64,000 nt of DNA, taken from NCBI GenBank assembly GCA_963733055.1, contig CAVTBR010000001.1:352001-416000 (forward strand), in the 5' to 3' direction. The notes beneath the pieces were generated by a model that saw only the letters and a list, made by a program, of their open reading frames with translations, searched no databases and was not told the DNA's origin. Position 1 is the first letter of the stretch, and every line of letters starts with the position of its first letter. A program made the position numbers and the translations under genes. Of this stretch, positions 18,314 through 27,819 are shown in pieces. This stretch comes from Candidatus Bathyarchaeota archaeon. GTDB taxonomy: Archaea; Thermoproteota; Bathyarchaeia; 40CM-2-53-6.

Positions 18314-19269
18314 AGAAACTTCGGATTGCGGTAATCGGAACTGGATTTTGGGGCAAGAATCAGGCTCGGGTGCTATCCCAACTGGACCAAACGCAGCTCA
18401 TGTCCATCTGCGATGTTGATGCGCATAGAGCGCAAGCGGTGGCCTCGGAATTTCATGTCCCGTATTCCACGAATTTAGACGAGATGCTCTCACGCAGTGA
18501 TATCGACGCGGTAACTGTCTGCACACCTACGATCACCCATAAGAAAATCGCCACTCAAGCGTTGCGCGCTGGGAAACATACCATGGTTGAAAAACCAATG
18601 ACCAACACTGTAGCCGAAGCTCGCGAGCTAGTTACTCTAGCTTCTCAGAGCGGGCTCAGGCTAATGCCTGGTCACATTGAACGATTCAATCCCCCCGTAG
18701 TCTACCTCAAATCACTCCTCAACGAACACAAACTAGGAACAGTTACGCTATTTCACGCGAGACGCGTCGGTAAGTGGCCTGAAAGAATTGGAGACGTTGG
18801 CGTCGTTCGGGACACCGCCATCCATGATATCGATTTGGCTCGGTACATTTTCGGAGACGAGGCCAGATCTGTCCACGCTAAGACCGGTAGCATAAGGCAC
18901 ACAAAAGAAGACTACGCGGAAATCATGCTCGAATTCAAGAACGGAGGGACGGCTTTCATCGACGCAAACTGGTTAACGCCAAGAAAGACACGAACGCTGA
19001 TCGTTACGGGAAGCGACGCCACAGTTCAGCTCGACTATCTATCGCAAGAGATTTCTATTGAAGATGCGGAGAGATCTATTAAGCCAAACCTGGAGAAACA
19101 AGAGCCTTTACGGATAGAGCTTGCACACTTCGCTGACTCGATCCTTAACGATAAACCATTCATGGTCAACGGGGAGGATGGACTAAGGGCGGTGGAGATC
19201 TGCGAAGTTGTTCTGAAAGCCGGATCATCCGGGCAAACGATTCCAATCGCAATATCCCCAGTCACCTAA
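18310..19269 (+). CDS. Gfo/Idh/MocA oxidoreductase (UDP-HexNAc 3-dehydrogenase-like)
   Basis: GTGFWG, VEKP, GHIERFNP, DTAIHDID. Confidence 0.88.
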   Translation: MKKLRIAVIGTGFWGKNQARVLSQLDQTQLMSICDVDAHRAQAVASEFHVPYSTNLDEMLSRSDIDAVTVCTPTITHKKIATQALRAGKHTMVEKPMTNTVAEARELVTLASQSGLRLMPGHIERFNPPVVYLKSLLNEHKLGTVTLFHARRVGKWPERIGDVGVVRDTAIHDIDLARYIFGDEARSVHAKTGSIRHTKEDYAEIMLEFKNGGTAFIDANWLTPRKTRTLIVTGSDATVQLDYLSQEISIEDAERSIKPNLEKQEPLRIELAHFADSILNDKPFMVNGEDGLRAVEICEVVLKAGSSGQTIPIAISPVT

Positions 19270-19277
19270 GATCGTTG

Positions 19278-19634
19278 TTACCGAGCTTTGAAATCTCGGA
19301 TGAAGCTCCAAGCGAACAAATCGGCCCGCTTCTCCACCTGCCTATTCTTTCCTTGGTCGGAGGATCTTAGATGATGGTAGAATTCATGCAAGATAACGAA
19401 TGGATTCGTCACGAAACTGCTGTTTGACAAGTAAATTCTACGTTCCTTCTCAACATAGCAGGCCAAAACCTTCCGGTGACGCTTGACGGTCCCCACGCGA
19501 AGTGTGGGCTCGCTCACTCCATAGTATTTGGCGAGTAACCGCAAGGCACGTTCCGGACTACCGTCGACGATTAAGTGAACTATTCTAGCTCTGAATTCCT
19601 GCATGGAATCAGGAGTAACCTGGGGTGTTTGCAT
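19278..19634 (-). CDS. Small HExxH metallopeptidase-like protein (IrrE/ImmA-like pattern)
   Basis: ILHEFYHHL followed by EKRADLFA. Confidence 0.65.
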   Translation of the reverse strand: MQTPQVTPDSMQEFRARIVHLIVDGSPERALRLLAKYYGVSEPTLRVGTVKRHRKVLACYVEKERRIYLSNSSFVTNPFVILHEFYHHLRSSDQGKNRQVEKRADLFAWSFIRDFKAR

Positions 19635-19700
19635 CTCTTTCGACCTCGAAAGTGGTATATTTCAGTGGACGGTTGACTCTAACTACAGGTTGGTTGAGTA

Positions 19701-19979
19701 TTGAAGCGGAAGTTAATGGACATACTGGCTTGCCCGATTGACAAATTCTATCCGTTAGAATTGCTCGTGTTCGAAGAAAAGGAAGAGGTCGGGTTTGGGA
19801 TTATTACCTGCCCTAAATGTAACCGATGGTACCCAATCATTGACGAAATACCACACATGCTGCCGGACGAACTGAGGGAACAGAATGAAGATGTACCGTT
19901 CCTGCAAAAATGGAAAAGCCAAATTCCTCAGAAGACGCTTGAGGAAGGTAAGCCGTTTAATCTCAAAGCCTCAACCTAA
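19701..19979 (+). CDS. trm112: Trm112-family methyltransferase activator
   Basis: LMDILACP..CPKCNRWYPIIDEIPHMLPDELR. Confidence 0.88.
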   Translation: MKRKLMDILACPIDKFYPLELLVFEEKEEVGFGIITCPKCNRWYPIIDEIPHMLPDELREQNEDVPFLQKWKSQIPQKTLEEGKPFNLKAST

Positions 19980-19987
19980 GCAACCCA

Positions 19988-20386
19988 TTGAGTGAACAAA
20001 CCGTGGACAAGCGAATCATCAGAACCCAAAATGCACCCCAACCCATAGGCCCATACTCTCAGGCAACCATGGTCGATGGATTCCTGTTTGTGTCCGGGCA
20101 GGGCGCAATAGATCCATCATCGGGCCAGGTAGTCGGAACGGACATCGAGGCTCAAACCAAACAGACGCTGAAAAATGTGCAGAGCATAATAGAAGCCTCA
20201 GGGCTATCATTGCTCGACGTGGTAAAAGTCTCAATCTTTCTGAAAAATATGGCCGACTTCAAGAACATGAACGACGTCTACAAAACATTCTTCACCCAAG
20301 ACCCACCCAGCAGAACAACAGTAGAAGTCAACTTGCCACTTCCAAACATGTTAATCGAGATCGATGCCATCGCACACCGCGCTTAA
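19988..20386 (+). CDS. ridA: RidA/YjgF reactive-intermediate deaminase
   Basis: APQPIGPYSQA, SGQ, PPSRTTVEV, IEIDAIA. Confidence 0.92.
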   Translation: MSEQTVDKRIIRTQNAPQPIGPYSQATMVDGFLFVSGQGAIDPSSGQVVGTDIEAQTKQTLKNVQSIIEASGLSLLDVVKVSIFLKNMADFKNMNDVYKTFFTQDPPSRTTVEVNLPLPNMLIEIDAIAHRA

Positions 20387-20480
20387 CCGCTGAAATCTTG
20401 AGGCAACGATTCCGACAATTCCACTGTGAAAACTTGAACCAAACAACCTTGTTCGCCGACCGCGAAGACTTCGGATAACC

Positions 20481-21719
20481 TTGACACCGATCACATTCAT
20501 CGACTCACAGACCGCCGGCATATCTGGGGATATGCTGCTCGGCGCTCTCATCGACACCGGCGCAAAACTTGACTCAATTCAACATGTACTAGATCTAATA
20601 CCGAACCATTTCCCGAGATGCAAATCGATCAAACTAGACGCGAGGGAAGTAAAGAAACACGGCTTCCGAGCGTGCCGTGCAGAACTAACGATTACTGAGC
20701 AACCCGCTGAGACCAAGGCGCAGGAACTTGTGCGAGCAACTGATGAAATTGCGAATTCCTCGAAACTAAGCAAAAACGCGGTAGCGTTCGCGAAGAATTC
20801 CATTAAAACCCTAACCGACGTTGAGAGCAAACTTCACGGCGACGAAATCTCTAAGGTACACCTACACGAAGCAGGATCAACTGACACCCTCGCCGACATA
20901 TTCGGCACGGCGGCCGCATGCGATTCGTTGAATATTTTCGAAGGAAAGATTTACTCATCCCCTGTTGCTGTCGGCGGCGGGTCGGTCACTTTCTCACACG
21001 GGACGGTCTCAGTACCAGCACCCGCCGTACTCGAAATTGTTCGCAGATATCACATCCCGATCGTGGGCGGCCCGGCGAATGAGGAATTGACCACTCCAAC
21101 TGGCATTTCGATGCTCGCCAGTTTGGCAGCAGGTTTCCTTGATCGCTCTCCTCCGATGGTTCCTGAGAGAGTAGGGTACGGTGCGGGACAAAGGGAACTA
21201 GGGTCCTCTCCGAACATGCTTCGCGTTGTAGTAGGACAAGGCGGAGAACAGAAGTTTGAATCCGACTTGGTTGAAGTACTCGAGACGAATCTGGATGATG
21301 TCTCCGGAGAAATAGTTGGCAGCACTTTGCAACGCCTTCTCGAATCCGGAGCAAAGGATGCGTGGGTCACTTCGGCCCAATACAAGAAAAACCGTCCAGG
21401 GTACGTATTACACGCACTCTGTGTGCCGAACGATTTGCAGAAGATCACTGAGATCGTCATGGCGGAAACTGGTACGCTCGGGGTCAGGCATCAGCAATGG
21501 AATCGACTCATACTAGAGAGGGAAACAGTAACCATCAAAGTACCGTTCGAGGATAAGACGTTCAGTGTGCGAATCAAGATCGCAAGAGACAAGTCCGGAG
21601 AGATTCTTGGCATGAAACCCGAGTTCGATGATTTGGATTCAATCGCGCGGACACTCTCTCTTCCGGTACGCGAAGTATCAGCTCGTGTGCTTCAAGAGGC
21701 AAGAAAGTCGCCGCCATGA
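20481..21719 (+). CDS. larC: Nickel-pincer cofactor biosynthesis protein LarC (single ORF)
   Basis: GISGDMLLGAL, VHLHEAG, SHG..PAPA, ELTTPTG, ETNLDD, KKNRPG, ETGTLGVR, KPEFDD. Confidence 0.92.
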   Translation: MTPITFIDSQTAGISGDMLLGALIDTGAKLDSIQHVLDLIPNHFPRCKSIKLDAREVKKHGFRACRAELTITEQPAETKAQELVRATDEIANSSKLSKNAVAFAKNSIKTLTDVESKLHGDEISKVHLHEAGSTDTLADIFGTAAACDSLNIFEGKIYSSPVAVGGGSVTFSHGTVSVPAPAVLEIVRRYHIPIVGGPANEELTTPTGISMLASLAAGFLDRSPPMVPERVGYGAGQRELGSSPNMLRVVVGQGGEQKFESDLVEVLETNLDDVSGEIVGSTLQRLLESGAKDAWVTSAQYKKNRPGYVLHALCVPNDLQKITEIVMAETGTLGVRHQQWNRLILERETVTIKVPFEDKTFSVRIKIARDKSGEILGMKPEFDDLDSIARTLSLPVREVSARVLQEARKSPP

Positions 21720-21800
21720 ATGGTGCGCGCACACACACTAGGTTAACGGTTCGAATTCGTACGCCCGCGGTGCTCACACGAGAGCTGACTGGCGTTTGGA

Positions 21801-22526
21801 CTATGTTAGAAGTTCCATCAATCCTTTTGAGTTAACTCTCAGTTTTCTCCAGTCAGTTGGATGCGGGTTTCCTTTCATACTCTTGACGCGTAGGACATGC
21901 TCCAACACGTCCGACTTCTCTCTGTACTCTAGCTCTATGATCCCATCCGCCAACGATTCCAGGACTGCGTATAGGGAATCGTTGTGAACGCGCTTGTTGA
22001 AGGACCAGAGCCTGACGCCTTTCATTTCTCGAATGTGGGGTACAATCTTATCCAACCATTGTGTGAAGACGCGTTCTTCGTTATATCTTAGGAACGGCGA
22101 GAAATTATCCGTAACGACGAAGTCATAATGCGGCATGCTTTTTCTCAGCCATGTCGTCCCAAAGTCTATGCTCGCCTTTGCCAGCGACAGCGAATCAGCT
22201 GTATCGGCCTCGTCAGATTTGCGTCCGATCTGCCACGTGTAAATGTCACTTATGCTAAACCTGTTAGCTACTTCGGTTTCTTTCAAATTGGGAACGGCTA
22301 AACTCATGACTCTTCTTATCTCGGTAGGAGGAGTGTTGGTTGTTGTGATGTTAACCTCGTATCCCTTTTGGAGAAGCGAAGATGCCAAGGTCACGATGAA
22401 GGAAAGCCAATGAGCCGCCGGGTCGTAGAATCCTATCAGTAGCTTTCCTCTTTCAATCTCCCGTCCCAGTACGTCCGAAATTATAGGCACCCATATGCCC
22501 TCCGAATCAAACCTTTCCGCCGTCAA
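21801..22526 (-). CDS. KaiC/RAD55-like protein with degenerate Walker A
   Basis: LADGIIEL..LRVKSMKG C-terminal signature; P-loop position reads YDPAAHWLS. Confidence 0.7.
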   Translation of the reverse strand: MTAERFDSEGIWVPIISDVLGREIERGKLLIGFYDPAAHWLSFIVTLASSLLQKGYEVNITTTNTPPTEIRRVMSLAVPNLKETEVANRFSISDIYTWQIGRKSDEADTADSLSLAKASIDFGTTWLRKSMPHYDFVVTDNFSPFLRYNEERVFTQWLDKIVPHIREMKGVRLWSFNKRVHNDSLYAVLESLADGIIELEYREKSDVLEHVLRVKSMKGNPHPTDWRKLRVNSKGLMELLT

Positions 22527-22778
22527 GGCAATCTATCCCCCACACTTTTCAAAACCGCGTCTTCCCATTAAACACGTCCAATCAAGAGCGTCATGGCTTT
22601 ATCCAATTCTCAACCAGAAAACAACTCTCGCAACTGAGAAACATGTCATCTTGATTTGATGAAAGGGAGTCGTGGGGTTACAGGATTCCAACCAGGACGA
22701 TCACGGTCGTGGCATTCCTCATGCGGCCTGTTGTTGTTCACTGTTTGTAAAGTAGCTGCACGTGAATGGTGCGAACGT

Positions 22779-25652
22779 CTAGGCTCTCCGCTTAATGTAT
22801 TCCATGGCTGCGAGAGCGGGTAAGAGGCTTCCTGTCACTAGGGCCGCAAGCACCAGGCCTGCGCTGGAAACCATCATAGAAACGGGCAACGCAAAGGCTT
22901 CGGAAACTAAGAAGGCCGCAAGCAGTATGTCAAACCCGAGCGCGATTACTCTCGTCAGTCTGCTCTTCGCTTCTGTGCTGAGTCTACGTCTTAGGAGCCA
23001 GAGTGTACAGAAAGCGGGAAATGCGAAGTACGCGAGACCGATTAGGGAACCAGCTAACAAACCAGTGACTAGGGCTGCGAATTCTGGCACGGGACCGAAT
23101 AGCCTGAACGTGGATGAGGAGATTTGCAATATTCCAATCAGTGGATAGAGTACCGTTCTCGCTAGACCCCGTGAACTTGGGCTTGTAGACTCATATCCGG
23201 CTACGGACGGGCTGAAAGAATAGTACCAGGCGTTGAAGGCGGTCATGAAGTTGGATCCCGCGAATGTGTTCATGATTTGCTGGTCGCGGAAGTCTCTGAG
23301 GAACTGTACTTGCGGTGCAAGTTCTGATCCATAGGTAGCGGTTGCGATGAGGCATGGAGAAACGCGGACTGTGATCGTTAATGAGTGCGTACGTGAGGGG
23401 GTGGAGCTTGTACCCGTTACCGTAAGCTGGTAAGTGCCTACCGTACTCTTGGGCGCGGTTATCACCATGGAGTCCTGGGCGATACCGCCATTCGGCTGTA
23501 GGAAGACGGCCGAGGGCGTGAAGGTAACAGCAAGCCCGGAGGACGGCGAGAATGTGCCGCCCAGCGTAACGTTCCCGTTGAAGTAACCAGTCGACTGCAG
23601 AGTTATGGTCGTAGCGGTTCTCGAACTCTGCACGAGAACAATTTCTGTAACGGGCGAGGAGAGGTTGAAGTCACGCGGAAGTTCACTTATTGTCAAGACT
23701 GGCGTCGGGGTCGCGGTGTGAGTAAGCCCCGCGCCTGTCGTTCCAGTGATTGTGATTGGGTAAGTTCCCCCTGGCGTGTTCACAGTCGTAAACACGTTGA
23801 TCGTTGACGTGAATAATGGAGTTCCTCCCGGGTTGGTGAAGGAGTAACTAACACCAGACGGAAAACCAGATGCAGTTAGATTCACGATCTGAGGGCTCCC
23901 GCTGAGTAGCGTGACCGTGAGTCCGAACGATGCTGACCCTCCCTGGGTCACGGTCGCGGTCGTTGGCCCCGTAACACCGACACTAAAATCAAATGACGGC
24001 GGCACAACTGTTTGAATCTTCAGCGTGATGATGGCTGCTTGCACTTGGCCCCCGCTGCTCGCTTGAACGGTCATCGGAAAAGTCCCGGTAGGAGTTGAGT
24101 TTGTGGTCGTGAATGTGAGTGTTGAGGTGAATGGCGGATTCTGTGACTGCGGATTGAAAACTGCGGTGACGCCTGTCGGGGTGTTAAGGAGGCTGAGTTG
24201 AAGTGACTGCGGGTAGCCGCTCAAGAGCGTTACGTTCAACGCGAATGTTGTAGACTGTCCAGGGTTTATGGTTTGCAGGCTTGGAGTTGTGGTGATTCGA
24301 AAGAGGTATTGAATACTAAAACGACCGATCCTGTTAGCCGTCACATTGTTCTCCGTGAACCAAACATTTCCTTGTGTATCCACGGCGACATGAGATGGCC
24401 TAGAAGTGTTCGTGGGAAGACTGTACTCTGTGACGCCGTTGATGGGACCCTGGTGAATGTTGACTGTAGTTGAAGCCGGATTTTGGATTTTGGAGACTCC
24501 AGCGACTCGATTAATCGTGCTGGTAGCATTGCTCGTCGCCGTCGTCGAAGGGGCGGAGCAAGGGGATCCTGACAATGGAGGGATGGTGCAATACGTGGGG
24601 GTGAATAGTTGTCCGGCGAGCGCAAGGGTGGTGTTCAGGTTGGCTATGTTTGCAACATTGTTCTCAGCGAACCAGGCCGCGTTGCGGGGGGAATCATACG
24701 TTATACCCATGGGACCGGAAGCGAGCGTAGGCAGAACTGTTTGTTGGTAAAGAGATCCTCCGCCGGTATCGTTCCCAAGAACAGAGATTATGTTGTTCGT
24801 GTTCGTGAATATTGCAACTGGTAGAGTTTGAAATACTCCCATAACGAGATCAGTGGGTTGATATAATCCAAAGCCCGTCAGAGTACCTAGATCCCAGAGA
24901 GTCAGAGTATTGCTTGTGACCTCTAATCGACCTATCTTGTTGCCGAGGTTCTCTGTGAACCAGACAAAACGATTGTTGTACGACGGCCGGGTTACAAGTT
25001 GAACGTATATTCCCCATGGTTGTAATGACGGCGATCCAGGAGTCGAAGTAGCTCCTGGCAGAGTCCATTCTGTTAGATGGCTGTTACTCGGGGTGAGGCG
25101 CCCTATGATGTCTCGTCCGGCCTCTGTGAACCATACGTCGTTGTTATCGTCCACGTAGATTCCTAGGGGGTTGCTTCCTGCAGGAAGAGTCCATTCGGTG
25201 AGGTTGCTCGTGGAGGTGTCGAATCGGGCAATCTTGTTCGAGGCATACTCGGTGAAGAAAACTTGGGTTACGGAGGCGTTAGGAGTCGTGACTAATTTTA
25301 CGAATACGTTGCGCGGTTGGCTGTTTGCCGTTGTGATGTTCCATTCGGTGAAGTTGTTGTTTGTGGGATCAAATCTAGCAAACTTGTTTGTCGCGTATTC
25401 CGTGAACCATACTCTGCGATTCGTATCAGTGGCTATACCGTATGGTTGAGAGGCGGATGTAGGGATGGTCCATTCATTGAGTGCGAATTTCTGAATTGGG
25501 CTTGGAGCGTCGACGTGTAGGTTGGAGGGTGATTCGGCCGCTGCTGGAGCCATCACCGTGGAAGTAATTGTTGATAGTATAATCAAGCCCGTGATGAGGA
25601 CGACTAGGCTGAGGCTCCTACTACGCAGCATTCTAGACTTGAATAACGACAT
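22779..25652 (-). CDS. Large surface protein: Vgb-like 7-bladed beta-propeller, three Ig-like repeats, CFI-box-CTERM domain and C-terminal TM helices
   Basis: Signal peptide; repeated EWTLP..P.GI.VD...VWFTE..NKI.R; CLIATATYGSELAPQVQFLRDFRD. Confidence 0.82.
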   Translation of the reverse strand: MSLFKSRMLRSRSLSLVVLITGLIILSTITSTVMAPAAAESPSNLHVDAPSPIQKFALNEWTIPTSASQPYGIATDTNRRVWFTEYATNKFARFDPTNNNFTEWNITTANSQPRNVFVKLVTTPNASVTQVFFTEYASNKIARFDTSTSNLTEWTLPAGSNPLGIYVDDNNDVWFTEAGRDIIGRLTPSNSHLTEWTLPGATSTPGSPSLQPWGIYVQLVTRPSYNNRFVWFTENLGNKIGRLEVTSNTLTLWDLGTLTGFGLYQPTDLVMGVFQTLPVAIFTNTNNIISVLGNDTGGGSLYQQTVLPTLASGPMGITYDSPRNAAWFAENNVANIANLNTTLALAGQLFTPTYCTIPPLSGSPCSAPSTTATSNATSTINRVAGVSKIQNPASTTVNIHQGPINGVTEYSLPTNTSRPSHVAVDTQGNVWFTENNVTANRIGRFSIQYLFRITTTPSLQTINPGQSTTFALNVTLLSGYPQSLQLSLLNTPTGVTAVFNPQSQNPPFTSTLTFTTTNSTPTGTFPMTVQASSGGQVQAAIITLKIQTVVPPSFDFSVGVTGPTTATVTQGGSASFGLTVTLLSGSPQIVNLTASGFPSGVSYSFTNPGGTPLFTSTINVFTTVNTPGGTYPITITGTTGAGLTHTATPTPVLTISELPRDFNLSSPVTEIVLVQSSRTATTITLQSTGYFNGNVTLGGTFSPSSGLAVTFTPSAVFLQPNGGIAQDSMVITAPKSTVGTYQLTVTGTSSTPSRTHSLTITVRVSPCLIATATYGSELAPQVQFLRDFRDQQIMNTFAGSNFMTAFNAWYYSFSPSVAGYESTSPSSRGLARTVLYPLIGILQISSSTFRLFGPVPEFAALVTGLLAGSLIGLAYFAFPAFCTLWLLRRRLSTEAKSRLTRVIALGFDILLAAFLVSEAFALPVSMMVSSAGLVLAALVTGSLLPALAAMEYIKRRA

Positions 25653-25821
25653 CTAGCGCACTCTCAGGGCATCCTACGTTCGGAATAAAAGCGGTTTTAG
25701 CTAATTATACAGCAAACCATGTCAGCTATCGAGCTTGAAGCATACTATCCTGACACAAACGATGTCAAGCCTCATCTCTTCTTCGATCCACCCAAAATGC
25801 TAGAATCTAAGCCATTTGCGC

Positions 25822-26148
25822 CTACGTGCGCTTCTTTTCCTTTACTTCCAGCGTACGACCGCACTTCGCGCAAAACTTTGCTTCCAAGAGATTCTTGTGT
25901 TTGCAGACGGGACAAATTATCGAGGGCGCCGCGGTTAATGCCGATTTGGCTTTAACAAAGACAACATCGCCGATTCTTTCGATTTCGTCGAATGACAGGA
26001 AGGACTCCTCTTCATCTCCATATTCTATCACCAACGCCATTCTTCCATCGTCAGACCAAGCGAGATCCTTGGTCACTCCTAGTTTCTTGGCATCGGCATC
26101 GATTACCTCTTTGCCAACCACTTCTTCCCTTCGCTTCCACTGCACCAA
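25822..26148 (-). CDS. PRC-barrel protein with C-terminal zinc ribbon
   Basis: VVGKEVIDADAKKLG..IERIGDVVFV; CPVC..CAKCG. Confidence 0.82.
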   Translation of the reverse strand: MVQWKRREEVVGKEVIDADAKKLGVTKDLAWSDDGRMALVIEYGDEEESFLSFDEIERIGDVVFVKAKSALTAAPSIICPVCKHKNLLEAKFCAKCGRTLEVKEKKRT

Positions 26149-26231
26149 ACCTAAAATCCCGTCCGCGTTGTGATTAGAACACCATTTGAGTATTTAGGTT
26201 TCAGCATTCGAGGACAGATGGTGACGATGGA

Positions 26232-27311
26232 ATGAATGAGAGATTGAATGCGCTCCATGGACTCATCTTGCCTATGGAAAAAACCCAGAGAACCCTCACT
26301 ATCCTGAAGGACATGGGGCTAAGACTCGAAGGATATGAACTTCGGAAAAATCAGACAATGATCATGATACCTCTAGCTGGCAAACCATCAGATCAACAAT
26401 GTGACACTTTGAGAAGAGAACTGGGTACATTTCAAATCCAGCCAGTGGCCTTTGAACGCAAAGTCTCCCGGCCAAAGAGTCTTCAGGAAGCGGTAGCTGG
26501 CCGGGTTCCGAATAACCTAATTTCAGTACTACCGCGTTCGTTCGACGTTATCGGCGATATAGCCATAATCGATCTGGCCCCCGAGCTAGGAGCCTACGCG
26601 ACGGAGGTCAGCAATGGGATCCTTCAGATCAGCCCGCACGTTCGGTTAGTTGCCAGAAAATCGGGGGAAGTGACTGGGACGTTTCGAACGCGGGACCTGC
26701 AAACGTTGGTGGGATCTGGCGGTATGGAAACGGTTCATCGAGAGTTCTCATGTAACTACCACCTCGACGTGTCTTCGGTGTATTTCAACCCGAGGCTCTC
26801 TCACGAAAGACTTCGGGTCGCGGATCAGATCAAGGAGAATGAAGATGTTGTGGACATGTTCGCGGGAGTCGGCCCATACTCAATTCTAATCGCCAAACTG
26901 CACCCGAGTTCGAGAGTGCACTCCGTTGACATCAACCCTTCAGCAGTCAAATATCTCAAGGAGAATATCTTCACAAATGGCATCGCTGACCGGGTAACAC
27001 CGCTGCTAGGAGACGTAAGAAGACTTTCAGAATCCGAATTGCATGGTATCGCTAGCAGGGTAATCATGAACCTGCCTTCTGAGGCAGAGAATTACATCGA
27101 TGCTGCGCTTCGAATCTTGAGAAAGGAGGGCGGGTTGATACATTTCTATAAGTTTGCTCAGAGGGATACCAGCGTTGACGTGATCAAAGAGTCATTCAAA
27201 TCTACTGTCGCGGCGGAGAACAGGGAAGTGAAGTCTTTTGATTTTTGTAAGCAGATCAGGGAGATTGCTCCGGGAAGAGTTCAGTTTGCGCTTGATGCTG
27301 CCGTTGCTTAA
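26232..27311 (+). CDS. trm5: tRNA m1G37 methyltransferase Trm5/Taw22 family
   Basis: SFDVIGDI, VYFNPRLSHER, DMFAGVGPY, DINP, MNLP. Confidence 0.88.
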   Translation: MNERLNALHGLILPMEKTQRTLTILKDMGLRLEGYELRKNQTMIMIPLAGKPSDQQCDTLRRELGTFQIQPVAFERKVSRPKSLQEAVAGRVPNNLISVLPRSFDVIGDIAIIDLAPELGAYATEVSNGILQISPHVRLVARKSGEVTGTFRTRDLQTLVGSGGMETVHREFSCNYHLDVSSVYFNPRLSHERLRVADQIKENEDVVDMFAGVGPYSILIAKLHPSSRVHSVDINPSAVKYLKENIFTNGIADRVTPLLGDVRRLSESELHGIASRVIMNLPSEAENYIDAALRILRKEGGLIHFYKFAQRDTSVDVIKESFKSTVAAENREVKSFDFCKQIREIAPGRVQFALDAAVA

Positions 27312-27312
27312 A

Positions 27313-27753
27313 CTAGATCTCGGCGATAATATGGATGGTTAGTTTGGCGTTTGGAGACTTCAAGGCGTCTATCAACCGCCTATCAAGGTCGCACGCGGCT
27401 TTATCGGCCCTGATCATTATCGTTCTATCGGAGGGGTACGAGGACTTCCTCCCAACCATTTCGGTTTGATGGGTGAAATTAAGCTCCGGACTTCCCTCTC
27501 CGCAGATGGCCTCAAACAGCCCCGCAACCTCAAGCTTCATGGTGATTCTAGACCCTTGTCGCATACACGCTTTCTTGAAGTCAAGGGACAATTGTCGCGG
27601 TCCCTTGGTAGCATCTACGGCGATAACGCAGTCCCCGCGTCTCGACAACTCAACATCTCGCGTGATCTCGAAGGTCATTCTATGCGTTCCTAACACGTTC
27701 GGGTGACCTCGGGCGTAGAGTTCTTCGACGAATTGCAATCCGATAATCAGCAC
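27313..27753 (-). CDS. DUF371 family protein
   Basis: ARGHPNV..H..TFEITRD..RGDC..RKS..DRT..ADKAA. Confidence 0.85.
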   Translation of the reverse strand: MLIIGLQFVEELYARGHPNVLGTHRMTFEITRDVELSRRGDCVIAVDATKGPRQLSLDFKKACMRQGSRITMKLEVAGLFEAICGEGSPELNFTHQTEMVGRKSSYPSDRTIMIRADKAACDLDRRLIDALKSPNAKLTIHIIAEI

Positions 27754-27819
27754 CCTCAGGTTAGTAATGGTCTTTTGAACGTTTATTGGCCCGTCTCCAG
27801 CGTAGGGTTCAGGTGGAAA

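Noticed and set aside
22530-22778. Possible C/D-box sRNA or short ORF in the intergenic region (TGATGA near 22657)
   Set aside because: No properly spaced CTGA D box; the ORFs are very short and have no motifs
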